The position numbers and the translations under genes are program-made. From Octopus sinensis (lineage: Eukaryota): 64,000 bases of DNA. A model generated the notes under the pieces. It ran no database searches. It had not been told where the DNA came from and saw only the letters and a program-made list of their open reading frames with translations. How positions within the stretch are numbered: position 1 is the first letter of the stretch; each line of letters begins with the position of its first letter. Shown in pieces: positions 1-13,969 of the stretch. The DNA lies in NCBI RefSeq assembly GCF_006345805.1, contig NC_043002.1, positions 26,474,001 to 26,538,000 on the forward strand, in the 5' to 3' direction.

Positions 1-18
1 ACACACATTAACACACAC

Positions 19-146
19 TCTCATCTAATGCGTAGCGCAGTCTGGCAATACGCTCAACAACATGAATGCAAAGTGAACTTTCCGTAATCATACGGTCAAT
101 TTTGCCTCTTTCGTAAATAAAAATATCTTTGTGAGGATTATGCATT
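19..146 (-). CDS. Candidate internal exon of an unidentified gene (MHNPHKDIFIYERGKIDRMITESSLCIHVVERIARLRYALDE)
   Basis: Acceptor catttcag|A at 147-149, open frame of 1+126+1 nt, GT donor at 18-17. Phase-compatible with the 811-925 candidate exon. Protein family not recognised. Confidence 0.45.
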
Positions 147-229
147 CTGAAATGTGCTAAGAGATGTATATATATAACAAATAAAAAGGGAAGAAAAATT
201 GTATACATACATACAGACTGATAGACATA

Positions 230-530
<301 letters not shown>

Positions 531-810
531 CACATATATACACAAACACAGGTACACATACGTATGGCATGATATGGTTTTCTCTGTAATATGGAATTAA
601 ATGATTTGTAGCATCATATTCAAAGACGTGATTAATACTAAATTACAAATATAAAATAAATAAAGTAATATGCTACAAAACCAAAGAACGGCATTAAAAA
701 AGATTAGAGTGATTTGTTTTCCACTTACTCATACAAAGTTTACATATATTTATAAAGTAGTTAGAAACGGACGAAAGGGGAATGAATATTTTTACATGGT
801 ATGTATATAC

Positions 811-925
811 GTTAGATTGTGAGGCATCAATTCAGTTTCGAGCAAGCCAGTTTGCTTTTGCAGATATATGCCTTTAAATGGCTTCATAGCACTCCTACTA
901 CGGGCTTTTACGTGGCCACTTAGCC
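811..925 (-). CDS. Candidate exon (LSGHVKARSRSAMKPFKGIYLQKQTGLLETELMPHNL)
   Basis: Acceptor attcag|G, open 2+111+2 nt, donor GTATAT (weak). The 2-nt 3' overhang joins in frame to exon 19-146. Confidence 0.3.
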
Positions 926-1935
926 CTGAATATGTTTCAAATTTTGGTTAACAAATGTAGCCCGTGATTTTCCACCACCCTAGTCCATTCTTCGAAAGTA
1001 GATTTTCAGCCCAGTAGGAAAAAATGAAGACGCTTTCGTTTCTGACATAAAGGACGAAAGTGCTCTATTTGTGCTTTTGATTCTGTTTGTAAATATAAAT
1101 ATCTCGTGTTAGTTCCATGAAATACGATGTGTGATGATTGAAGGATGTTACGGCTGGGTTTTGAAAGTGTAATTCAAGTGTAATTCATCAGAGATTGCGC
1201 ATTATCACTCGACACTTTGCCATAAAATAGCTTGCAAGTTTTCGACACAACGTCTAATCATTTCATGGACAATTCGAATTTTCTAACCATTCTTTGGTGT
1301 TCAGTGCGAAATGTTTCACATGAGCTGATTTTCAAGTAACTAAAATTACTCCTTGCGATATGAAGAAAAATTTGTTTTCGTTTGTGCTAGGGATGCCTAA
1401 CAAAAACAAATCCTGCATAACGTAACAGCTTCGGAAGCTTCAATTTATCAATACGTATAACATAACCAATATGTCGTACAGTTAAATCTAGCTGAGGTGA
1501 GCTTCCCTGCTCAGGCATCACGCCTAATTCAGTATTTCTTTTTTAGTTATAAACAACTTTCAATTTGTACGCAAGTGTATGAGTGTACGTGTGTGTATGT
1601 TTGTAAGTTTGTGCTTCAGTGTACATGTGTGAGTAGACGTATGCCTAACTTATAATATGGGTACATTAAATAAACAGACATTCAGCCGAGGTAAGTAAGT
1701 AGTTCACCTGGTTAAACCACAGAACACTGTTTACTGACCGGATAATTTAAGTGTTGTTTTTTTTTTTTTAAAAGAAGACATTAATGGCAAACACATTTAA
1801 AAGCCTAAGAAATTTAAAACAACTATGAAAACTATAAAGGATTTATTTTCATATCAGCACTATCTATACGTAGTTATTTTCAAACTAATGGTACAATACT
1901 CTAGCTTCGATGACAGAGATTCTGATGATGACGAT

Positions 1936-1957
1936 AGTATTGGTGATGATGATGATG

Positions 1958-2025
<68 letters not shown>

Positions 2026-2060
2026 GGTGATGATGAAGACAAAGATGAAGATGATGACGA
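1936..2060. repeat. (GAT)n microsatellite
   Basis: Direct reading; source of the poly-D/M/H/S/I ORFs. Confidence 0.97.
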
Positions 2061-2459
2061 CGGCAAGTTGTTTGCAGTTTAATAACATATCGGCTTGCAA
2101 TTCTTTTCTTCAGATAAAAGTTAGCAAGCATCTTCTACATCTCCCGACACATGGTTTCCTCACACAACTCGTTTAACAGTATCTAAGAACCGAGAAAGAG
2201 GTAGCGAGAAAGGGAGTTAAATAAAGAGAGCGAGGCGAAGAAAAGTGCGAGAAAGTGAGAAACGGAGTCTTAGAACATCAACCAGTCCAATATATATCAC
2301 AAACAATTGGTCTGAAAGCTTGTATGAGTAGCTTTGTGTAAAGAATTATTCCAGAAACAGCTTTAGAAAAAGCTCTGGTGGATTAAATAATTGTAAAATT
2401 TGTAGACAAGTATTAAGTGAGAGGAACGCCACCAATGTATATAGCTTCAAGTAACATCA

Positions 2460-2504
2460 TATATGTTCATATATACATACATACATACACACATACATAC
2501 ATAC

Positions 2505-2562
<58 letters not shown>

Positions 2563-2998
2563 ATATGATACATATATATATATATATATATATACATATA
2601 TATACATATATATACATATATACATTATATATATACATATATATATATATATGTATACATATATATATATATATATATATATATGTAACATATATATATA
2701 TATATATAGTATACATATATATATATGTATACATATATTAGATATATATATATGTATACATATATATATTATATATATATATGTATACATTATATATATA
2801 TATGTATACATATATTATATATATATATATGTATACATATATATATATATACATGTATACATATATATATATATATACATGTATACATATATATATATAT
2901 ACGTGTATACATATATATATATATATATGTATACATATATATATATATATGTATACATATATATATGTATACATATATATATATATATATATGTATAC

Positions 2999-3030
<32 letters not shown>

Positions 3031-3087
3031 GTATACATATATATATATATATGTATGCATATATATATATATATATGTATACATATA

Positions 3088-3119
<32 letters not shown>

Positions 3120-3120
3120 A
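2460..3120. repeat. Complex (TA)n array punctuated by GTATAC, ending in (GTAT)n
   Basis: Direct reading. Confidence 0.95.
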
Positions 3121-3124
3121 ACCC

Positions 3125-3647
3125 CAAAAATTAGGGATAAAATTCGACAGGAACGAAATGAAAAATAAAATCATTTTACCATCAAGTTTCCTGGACCAAT
3201 TGGTTTCTGATTTTAGTTTAGCAAGCAAATAACCTTTACTCACGAGGTAAATCCTTCATCAACAGGTACACCTTGGGTTAAATATATAAAAACACGAGAC
3301 GATCAACCTATATGCCTCCCGCTTATATATCCTAATTGTTTTCAAAATCTACTGCGCAGACGCAGTCCTTCGCCGATAATTTTCGGTTTTTTATTGCCGG
3401 CGAAGGGCTGCCTCTGCGCAGTAGATGTTGAAAACAATTAGGATATATAAGCGGGAGGCATATAGGTTGATCGTCTCGTGTTTTTATATATTTAACCCAA
3501 GGTGTACCTGTTGATGAAGGATTTACCTCGTGAGTAAATGTTATTTGCTTGCTAAACTAAAATCAGAAACCAATTGGTCCAGGAAACTTGATGGTAAAAG
3601 GTTTTATTTTTCATTTCGTTCCTGTCGAATTTTATCTCTAATTTTTG
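3125..3647. repeat. Foldback element with ~250-bp inverted arms and ~22-nt spacer
   Basis: 3125-3375 is the reverse complement of 3398-3647 with only a handful of mismatches. Confidence 0.95.
3497..3590 (+). ncRNA. Variant type I hammerhead-like motif (mirror copy on the - strand in the left arm)
   Basis: cctg(3507-10) TTGATGA(3511-17), long insert with gattt/aaatc pairing, GAAA(3566-69), palindrome ACCAATTGGT, GTC site at 3577-79, then cagg closing stem I. C3 is replaced by U and stem II is atypical. Confidence 0.45.
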
Positions 3648-5142
3648 TGATTGTAGAACCTAGCTGTTCTTTCTAGCATGTTGAGTGGATTCCTTATGTG
3701 TTTAAATGTACACTATATGACTAATACATTGTCTTTTTAGACTAAATTTTTACACGTTAGGCCACTGGAAGTGAAAATTTTAATTAATTTTCCATTTACT
3801 TTTGATATGTTTAAGTATGCGCACACACACATACACCTGTATCTATAATTACTCACAGGTATATATAAATACACATACATATGTATGTGTATTTATATAT
3901 CTATGTGTCTGTGTCTGCATGTCTGTGTCTGTATGTAGGAGGCAATGCTTAAATCGTGAAGGTCTGTTCAACCATCAAGGAAGCCACGGAAATCGAGTCT
4001 TTGTGAATTATGATACAGGTGTTGTTGAGAACAGAATATGTGCAACCTATAGAAGGTGTGCCGTTCAGTCGGAGGATTAAAAAAAAACACGTCAAAAGAC
4101 TCCATACCGTAATTTCTGCCAACCAGTTCAACTGTGTATTATGTTATAAAATGAGCAAATCTTGGTGGGGGAGGGGTCAAGTGTCCTATATGTTCCTCAC
4201 ATTCTCTTATGAATGAGACATTTCAATGATTCTTTCTAGTTTTGGGTTTCCCCGTATATGAGAAAGCAGCTACTATATACACACACACACGTTTGTGTGT
4301 ATGTGTGTGCGTGTTTGTGTGTGTGTGTGTGTACCTTTGTATTATGCTGACTTCTTTGTTCTAGTTTGAGAATAAAAGTAAAATGAAAATAATAGAAGAA
4401 ACAATCAATTACAGTTAAAAAATTTAAAAACCGAGAAATTACTGTAAAGATATAATAGTATGGGAGTTTATAAGGAGATAAAGAATGTTAGTTGATGAAG
4501 GTCAGATAAGGCGCGAACAAAAGAGGGAGACGGAGAGAAGTGAAATTCTCGTATTCAGAATGAAGGTGAAGATTGTGTGTGATAGATCAATATGGATCTA
4601 CTTAACCGAGTAGTACTTTTATCGTCTTGTATCTTAAATATATTTATAAAGCGAAGAAAAAATTGTAATCTCACATTTAAGTAATTTGCAGAATAATTTC
4701 AGTAAGAATTGCTTCTCAGGTCTGCATAAACTACATCTTTCATGTCAATTTTGTAATTAGTCTGCTGTTCTCAAGAATTTTCCTCTTGATTGTGAATCAC
4801 TACATTGATCTTTCTCATTTCAGATGCAATTAGTGTTATAATCAGTATTTTTTTCTCTCTCTAAATAGTTAGCAACATTCCTAGATTTCTCGTTGCTATG
4901 ATATAGCAATAGTAATGGTATAAACACAGTATAAAGAAACACCTGTACGACTATTTACTTTATCAAGCAGTATCAGAAACTCAGTACTCTCTAAAGTAGT
5001 GAGTATGCATATCCATCCATCCATTCATCCATCCATCTATCTATCTATCCATCCATCCATCCATCCATCCATTTACTCATACATTCATATATTTGCTTGT
5101 ATGTATGTGTGTAAATACGTATATACCCTTGTAATAATGATA

Positions 5143-6026
5143 TAGGGGGGTTACCCAATAGAAACCGGAATCTCGTAATATTATTTTATTCACTCACTTG
5201 TACATGTTTACACATTATCGCCCACAGAGTATTCTTCATTTGAAGCAATGCATTGGTCCAGGCGCAAATTTTGTTGTTGGAACTTCTGTTAAGTGATGCC
5301 TTTTAACACTTCCGTCCTTTTTCTCTTCACCTCTTCCACATTTGCAAATTTCTGAAAACCAGCTTTCGTCACCAATGATGAACTTTGAAAAAATAACTGG
5401 ATCAACTTTCAACTCTTCTTTCAGTTGACGACACGTATTCAGTCGTGACAGCTTTTGGTCTTCCGTGAGGAAGCGAGGCAAAAATCCTGCTGCAAATTTT
5501 TTTATTCGCAATTCCTCGCTCGAAAGTCGTTGGCAGTAGCTCCAGGACACACCAATCATTAAAAAGTTCGTCAATTTTTCGGTGCCGTTCATCCAAGATC
5601 AGTTCATGAATTTTCATGATGTTTCCATTCGCTCGAGAGGTCGACGGCCGTCCTGAATGAGGTTGGTCATCAAGCAACAAGTGACCTTTACTAAAGCGGG
5701 AAAACTAATCGTAAAATTGTGTTTCGCTCATGTCCGCGTCCTTGTAAGCTGTTTGAAGCATGGCTAATGTTTCGGTCGCTGTTTTTCCCAGCAGAAAATA
5801 GAATTTCACGGACGTATGCGGTTCCTTCGTTTTCAACCATCGCAAAATTCGATGAACAGAGGAGAAGTACAGCAAAACAAAGACGAACCACGTTGCAGTA
5901 CGACCCCAAATGACGGCACCGGTCGAATGACTGATGTCTGAGGGTCGCATCAAATGGCTTCTAGCCTGAACTACAACGGGCTTGTCCCACAGAAAGCGTT
6001 TTCGGTTACTTTTGTGTGCCTGCTCG
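5143..6026 (-). mobile_element. Decayed, internally deleted mariner transposon
   Basis: Frameshifted transposase pieces VKFYFLLGKTATETLAMLQTAY, SGRPSTSR, PRFLTEDQKLSRL and IIGDESW. Imperfect TIRs flanked by TA at both ends. Confidence 0.88.
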
Positions 6027-6524
6027 TATCTATAACCACAAGAGCGCGCCCTAACAGACACTCGCGCACATACACACGCGTGCGCACACACCTGGTTCCA
6101 CACTCACAAACACAAACACGTACACACAAACACATGTATTATCAATTTACTCAAGTCTCTCGTAATAAATGAATGGAGATGAAGAAGAACTTTCTACTAC
6201 CATGTTCTTAATGATGAAATTAACCTCTCTGCGTATATATCTACCCTCTTAGTAATGTTGGCAAATGAAATAAGTATAAAAATTTACATTGTCCATTTAA
6301 ATACAAAATTCTATATGTAGCTGAAGATTGCTCGACATTTTAAAACTGTTGTTTAATAAAATGAAGTAGCATGAAACGATTGTACTACACTACCTTGGAT
6401 ATCCCTGTTGCTTATTTTGATTATAATCACCCCCATTTGATTTATATGGATAATACCATATCAAATTCTGGTGCCTTTAACTTAAATACCACATTCATCT
6501 GAATCTCTCTCTCTCATTCTCTCC

Positions 6525-6574
<50 letters not shown>

Positions 6575-6646
6575 TCATATATATATTTATATACATATAT
6601 GTATATATATATATGTGTATATATATATGTATGTATATATATATTA

Positions 6647-6680
<34 letters not shown>

Positions 6681-6798
6681 GTATATATGTATGTGTATAT
6701 ATATATATATATATGCATATATATTAGAATGTTTGAAGATGAGGTACAGGTATTATATATTAGAAGAAATATATGTATATTAATAAATATATATATAT

Positions 6799-6841
<43 letters not shown>

Positions 6842-6856
6842 ATTTATATGTATATT

Positions 6857-6935
<79 letters not shown>

Positions 6936-7276
6936 GTATGTATATATGCGTATATGAAAGAAAATCCTCTGAAATACTACTGGGAACATCGAAAACGTTT
7001 CACGACTGCTACGTTATGTCCCATTCTCGATGTAAAGCCTAAGTATATTTATCTTAGTAATACAATGGAATCACGTTATCCTTCTCTGAGATTTCTTTCA
7101 ATTATTTCTGTAGAAATTCAATAATGCTGTGAATAATCCTGATCAAATATAAATTTTTCTTATGCCTTCACTATTTTGAAACGTCCTTCTTGCATTTTGT
7201 AATGTTTCGGGGGCTTGGTTTTGAAAATTGGTCTTTTCTCCTCATATGCTCTGCTGCTGGTGATGGTGCTGATGCT

Positions 7277-7277
7277 G

Positions 7278-7350
<73 letters not shown>

Positions 7351-7355
7351 CACTA
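7277..7355. repeat. (TAC)n microsatellite
   Basis: Direct reading. Confidence 0.97.
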
Positions 7356-9486
7356 CCACCACATCCGTCAATATTATTATCTTTATTATTATCGTTATTG
7401 ATATATCTTCTTTTCATTATGCGTACTTTTATAGCGGAACCTCATACTGCCTTGTGTGCTTTTGTACTAGAAATTTATTCTTATATTTGTATTTTATTAT
7501 TAATGTTATTATCATACCAGTAATCTTATTATCGAAATTGATTTTACCGTGTAATTGAACACCAGTTTGTGGACATTTGCAGTAATTTTTTTTAATTTTA
7601 TATAAGGCATTAATAAAAAAGACACACATAAATACACACGCACAGAAACATAAACACAACCACACATTTGTGCTAGGGTTCTGTTTTAATTTGTTCCTTC
7701 TGGTTATATGCGTATTCCCTGGAAACTTGATTACATATTTGTATCAATTTTGTTACTCATAGTTCCTTCTATTTTATATTATTGGGATTATTTTTGTTGT
7801 ATGTATTTTGTTGATATTATTTTTGTACTCAATCTCCTTAAATCTTCGATTCTTTATTCTCAGATTTCTTATTTCCAAACTCGCGTTAGTTCTTTCAGAA
7901 GTGTATATCTACATCCGTCTGTTGGGAATAAAATATCCGTGGGGAGTAAAATATCTATTAAGAAAGATTACTTCTTTCAAGCTTATTCTGTAGAATAATG
8001 TCCATGCGGTGTTGTTGTTACTGTTCATTATGTTGCATTTGTTTAACCCTAGGTCAATCCGGATAGACCAGATCTAAGACGAAAATATTTCAAAGAAAGA
8101 ATATAACTGAGCAATTGGGATTTTATTTTTTAAATGATATGCTCAAAAACAACAACAAAATAACATAGGAATACATAAACAAGTCTTTCAAGATTACTTC
8201 GACTGTTGAGCGGATAAAAGGGAATTGCATCGAGTCTTAAAATGTACGGTGAAATTTTATCGCATGTTTTAGTAAAGTATATGAATTATAGAAAATAAAC
8301 CATATAGGCTTATGAATGATTTAGATGAAAGGTGTCTTAGCATTTCCACGATGATGCCTATATACATGTGTGGGTGTATCATACATACATACTTACATAC
8401 ATACACGCATACATATATACATACGTATATATATATATATATATATACGTATGTATATATGTATGCGTGTATGTATGTAAGTATGTATGTATGATACACC
8501 CACACATGTATATAGGCACACATACATACATGCAGATACATATATATATATATACATACATATACATATGTATATATACACACATACATATAAATACCTA
8601 CATATATACATACATATATATATCTATATATATATCTATATATCTAATTCTATCTCTATCTATCGAAATATATGTACATATATATATACATATGTATATT
8701 ATTAATATGGCTATTCGCAGTTTACAACCGAAAGGCAACAAGTTTAGTCATCATATTTGTGAGTGTGTGGCCGTGCGTGCGTGTGTGCGTGTGTATGTGT
8801 GTGTGTGTATTCACACACACAGATGACATACACAGAGACACAAGATATGCTAGTCCATACACAATAATTGAAAATCGTTCACCGCAGTAATTGTCGTACA
8901 AAAGACATTCTCCTTATTTACGAGGCAATTGTTGCTGGGGAACGTTTTTCCGCCACTGAGTATACAGGAGCATGTTAAATATAAGTCTACACAGTTTTAT
9001 TTTACTCGTTACTGCGTAGTCTACTTCTCTTAGCAATATTTGTTCTCTTCTTGATCACTTTTATCGGCGTAAATACAAAGAAACTGTAGTCTCTTCGCTG
9101 AAAATCTGAAATTTACAACACTAGTATACACCAATTACAATATTAAAAATACGTGGCAATTGGTGATGTTAAGCTAGATGATGGATAGTTTCTACAAATG
9201 AATGAAGCACTGATTACAGTAACGAAATTCAAATTGTACTGTTATTCGCGAAGAAGAAAAAATGTTTTTCTCGTGCGATTACAAACGGTGTATCATTTTA
9301 TACAGCTACCTGTTGCGTCTGTGCATCTCTTTGAATGTTGCCGTTCTTTGTCCATGAATACCTGTAATGTGTCTTGATTAAATGTTGGAAGCTAACTTCT
9401 GTGTCTCTGTAGGGGTCGCTTCATTCTCATGCTTATAAGCTGTCCCTTAAGAGGTAAGAATTTACAAATTAATATACATACGTACA

Positions 9487-9647
9487 CGTATATATTTATA
9501 CATACATACAAACATACATACATACATACATACATACATACATACATACATACATACATACATACATACATACATACATACATACATACATACATACATA
9601 CATACATACATACATACATACATACATACATACATACATACATACAT
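9487..9647. repeat. (CATA)n microsatellite
   Basis: Direct reading. Confidence 0.97.
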
Positions 9648-10654
9648 GCTGATCCCAAAGTTTTGGATACTTGATTGGTCAGTAGAGGAAATCCACTCCG
9701 TAGTTATCAAAACCCACAAAATCCTAACAACAACGGGGAACTTTCACAGAAACTGTGATGTTGACAGGCTCTACTTAAGAAGACATGAAGGTGGTAGGGG
9801 CCTGAGATGAGAGCAGACGGCCTTCGAATAACGTATGGTATCACTCAGGCAGCACCTGCTGAACAACAAACAACAGCAAAAGTAAATATATTAATGCAAC
9901 CCTGAGAAGCGAAGTGAGCAACATTGTACGAGTTGACAGTGAACTCCTCAAGAAACACTCTCTTCCTGATGATCTCCTATACAGCCCCAAAACAGCTGGG
10001 CCTTCTTACCTCAGAGAAGACATGCATGCAAAGCACTCAGCATACAAAAAAAAAGACCACTACATCACATTTCACTTTGAAGGTTATGCGTTCGCAATCC
10101 ATGAATGCCCCAAAGCACCCGCTCTTGTTATCACAAGGTGCAACCGCATGTGTAAGCTATGTCATGCTTCTGAAGAAGACATTATGCATATGATTAGCGG
10201 CTGTCGTAAAACCTCCCTATGCAGCACGATGTAGTTGCTGAAACAATTTACAATGCTATCCGCAACAAAGACTGTCCTGAAATAAACTCAGAAAACCCTT
10301 CTGTTATAGAATACATTCATAAACACGAACTCAAGGAATGCTGGTGGAATATTCCAATCAAAATCTCTATCAAATGTAAGCATAACAGGCGGATGTTGTT
10401 GTTTGGGGCAGAGGGGCAAAGATATGTACCATCATAGATGTTAGCTGCCCTACAGATATAAATATCTCTTTGAAAATCAAAGAAAAAGAGGATATCTATG
10501 GACTACTGCTTCGAACCTAACTTCAGCTTCTCTATCCAGACAATTAATTCATATTCATACCAATAATAATTGGAGCACTAAATTTTGTTAGCAAATGCTT
10601 AAAAGAGAATCTGGATAAACTGTTTTTTTTAGAAAGAGAAATTGACGGCCTGAT

Positions 10655-10658
<4 letters not shown>
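9648..10658 (+). mobile_element. R4/Dong-type non-LTR retrotransposon fragment (post-RT region, CCHC knuckle, RLE endonuclease), pseudogenised
   Basis: Motifs DVDRLYLRRHEGGRGL, CKLCHASEEDIMHMISGC, RHDVVAETIYNAI, HNR-DVVVW, IIDVSCP and FIPIIIGAL across frameshifts. Truncated at both ends. Confidence 0.85.
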
Positions 10659-10751
<93 letters not shown>

Positions 10752-13194
10752 CATCATAAGTTAAGAGTGTACTGGGATTCGTTTACATTTTTTATTCAAA
10801 ATTTTTAAAGGGTTAACCAGTTCCTCAAATTTCTCTGATTTTCAAAAGTTGCATCCATTATTCAACTGTCTTACTTCTGATTGGAATTGAGAAATGGTTT
10901 TTATAGAGAAATTGTTGTTTTATAGAGAAAACATGGGTCAAATTAATATCTGTTATGGATACATTTTGATTGGTCGAGGATGATCACGTGGTCAGGTTTA
11001 GAAACTTTAGTAATTTCTCCGCTACGTCCGTTCATTAATATCATGTGACAATATGTTAAGTGCCCTTAGTTAAAGCTGTCACCATTACGAGCGCATATCT
11101 AGTGACAATCCCTAAGAATTAAGGCTGTTTGAATTTTATCCGTCAAATTTAGTAATCTTAGAAATTTTTATAGGTTCCCCTCTACGTCCGTGCGTTAATA
11201 TTATGTGACTCTCTTTTGCGCCATAAATGAAGGCTGGTACGCTTGGGTGAACATGTCTAGTTATGGCCCCAAAATAAGGCTTTCAATATTTACTTTATCA
11301 AGTGGTCGAGTGGATAGAAATTGCTTCTATGTAGTCTAGTGGTTCAAAAGCTTTGCATCTGTGTATGAGGACATCAGATTTTGTTCTCCACTATATGTGT
11401 GCGTTAGTGTCACACGGTGAAAAGTCATGAAGTTTTCCAAAATTCAGGTCGTTAGCTGTATGCATTCAACGTGTCAAGAAATAAGAGGAGTTTCTGTGGG
11501 AATAGTCGTTCATGAAACTGCTTAAATTTAAAAAAAATTTAGTATAAAATATCTAAACCAATCTCAGTGCATTTTCAATTTCTTTTTACTATATTTGTAG
11601 CCGTGATTGTTCGGAAAAATGAAGAAAGTTAATCTCAGACCGTAGCTCTGCCTCTAATGCTTGCAACGCTACCTTGCACTGAAGGTTCCAAAGAGAAACG
11701 TGGTAAAGTGGAACGCGATGATATGCCTCTAAAAATTTACGAAGATATTTTTACAAAATGACGATGGCAATGTCTTATTAATATGATTTCAGGCTATATA
11801 CAGCGATATAAATATTGCACGGTTATAACAAATAACTTACAGAATATAATGAACATTAAAAATAGTTTACATTTGTACAGGTCTCAATGCCAATTGTTTA
11901 ACAAGTTGTAGTTTTTTTCTTTTATGGTTCTGGGGGAAGAAGCAACATCTGGGCGGGTCGTCATTCGCTTGCCTTCCGACTAATTTTTCAATTTGGTGTA
12001 TAAGTAAAACAGATATAAAGTCTTATACTGTCAGTCCTTTTTGACTAAAAAGAGACATTTTCATATCTGAATTAGAGTGAAAGAAATTAATTATTGATTT
12101 CCAGTTCTTCAGTCAGGTCAATGCTCTAAATATACAAATAGTTATGTAAATAGCTCGCAGCATGATGTTTTCCGCATCTGACATTCCTGATTAGTTAATA
12201 TTACCAGGATGTGTTCCTTCGTGTTGTTATACGTTTCAGGTATTCTATAAATATCGTTTATATTAATAATATGAAAATGACATATTTGAAAAGCCGACAA
12301 TTGCATTGCTCTGTGGTAATTATACACTAATTAATTCGTGTGAGAGAACTGAACCACAATAATGGATTGCAAACATAAAAATTTATACCAAGTCAGCCTT
12401 GCTTAATGACCAAGCAGAATTACGAACAAAAGCATTCTCGCCCGGAACATCGCGTCATTTCCCCATGCATATCTGTCGATTTAATTATTTTTCTTTTAAT
12501 TTATATAACAAATTCTTGACAATAGCGTTGATGGTTTCCGGTGTCCAATGGGACAAATACTGGTTGATATATCTAAGACAAGCTTTACAAAGTGATAACC
12601 CTCGTTCAAAGAACACCAGCGTTTGCATGATTCTTACAAATCTTCGTCGACATGTGGCAAACTACATGGATTTGTATATCACACACGTTTGTGCGTGCAC
12701 GTGTATACACACACGCCGACATGTATGTTTGCATACGTAAGTAATTATATATTACGGATTTCGACACAGCTCTCGTCAATTAAGGAAAATAAATCCTCCT
12801 GCGAAGGTTTTGTCAAACCGGCCCTCAATACCACTCCCTGAATTCAAACTCAAGTAAATTTCTTAACCGTAACACCAGGAAGTTTTATACAGAGTACTAT
12901 ATATAATGCTGTCATAAGCTTGTCGTTTAGTCTCCTTCAGTTCTGATAATTCAACAAACAGGAAAGATGTTATCTCCACTTTGTGCAATTTTTTTTCTGC
13001 AGGTACAATCTATTTTGCATTACAGTATCTTATTTTACCTAACGAATGGAGTTCGTTTAAAGTAGACAAACCTGGACACATATATACAAGCAAGAATATA
13101 CATATGGCATTATATATCATAATTACTTTCATCAACAACAGTGATAATAGTTAATACTTGGTGTAAAGTGAATATATACATTTAATAAAGTAAA

Positions 13195-13880
13195 TGGTAC
13201 ATCTTTTCATACCGTCCCGATGTCATATGGAACGCATATCTTTTGTATCTTTTCGGAGAGGCCTTTCACATAGGGTAGACCGACTGTAGTCAGTTCATGG
13301 GATAAATCCTCTCTCCTCTTTCTAATTGGAGTGGATATTATGTTTTTGAGGTAGTTGTTACTTAGCTTGATCATTTCTGCGTGGTGTGTATCATGATCGT
13401 TATTTATATTCTTTGCTCGATGTTTAGGAACTGTGTAATCCCACTCTTTGCATTGTATGAGTGGTGGGAATTGAATTTGGGGTATCGACCAGTAAAGGTT
13501 GGATTGTTGTACACGGATGTCACGAACCCATGCTTAGTGCGCGTTATCAATACATCTAGGGATGTTAGCTGATTGTATTTTTCCTTTTCCATTGTGAAAC
13601 GTATCGATGGCTTCCTTGAGTTCACATGATCTAACAGTACTTGGACATCATCCTGGTTGAGCCTGAGTATAGAGGTGTCGTCAACGTATCGACGTCATGG
13701 GGTTTGCTTTAGTGGTGTTGATCCCAAAGCCAAATTCTCAAAGTATTTCATGTATATATTGGCTATTATTGATGATAATGGTGAACCCATAGCTAAATCC
13801 TCATTCTGTCGATATATCTCCGTATCTACTCTGAAGTAGGGAGTTTGTACACAGAAGGTCAACATTTCCACCAAGTTTTT
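13195..13880 (-). mobile_element. Penelope-like element RT/thumb fragment
   Basis: YRQNEDLAMGSPLSSIIANIYM, RYVDD, FTMEKEKYNQLTSLDVLI, TGRYPKFNSHH and LPYVKGLSEKIQKI, with stops and frameshifts. Confidence 0.88.
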
Positions 13881-13969
13881 TATTGGCATAAGATAATACA
13901 GACTCGCCCCTCGCCTCGAAAAAGCTGACTTTCTGCAAAAAGGAAAAAGTATTATTATTACTATAACTA

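Noticed and set aside
6978-7032. acatcga/tcgatgt inverted repeat enclosing GAAACGUU on the - strand
   Set aside because: No CUGANGA-like core at the required position.
9487-10750. Apparent (CA)n/(CATA)n target specificity of the first R4-type fragment
   Set aside because: The element breaks off inside the endonuclease region with no 3' UTR, so the flanks are not true insertion junctions.
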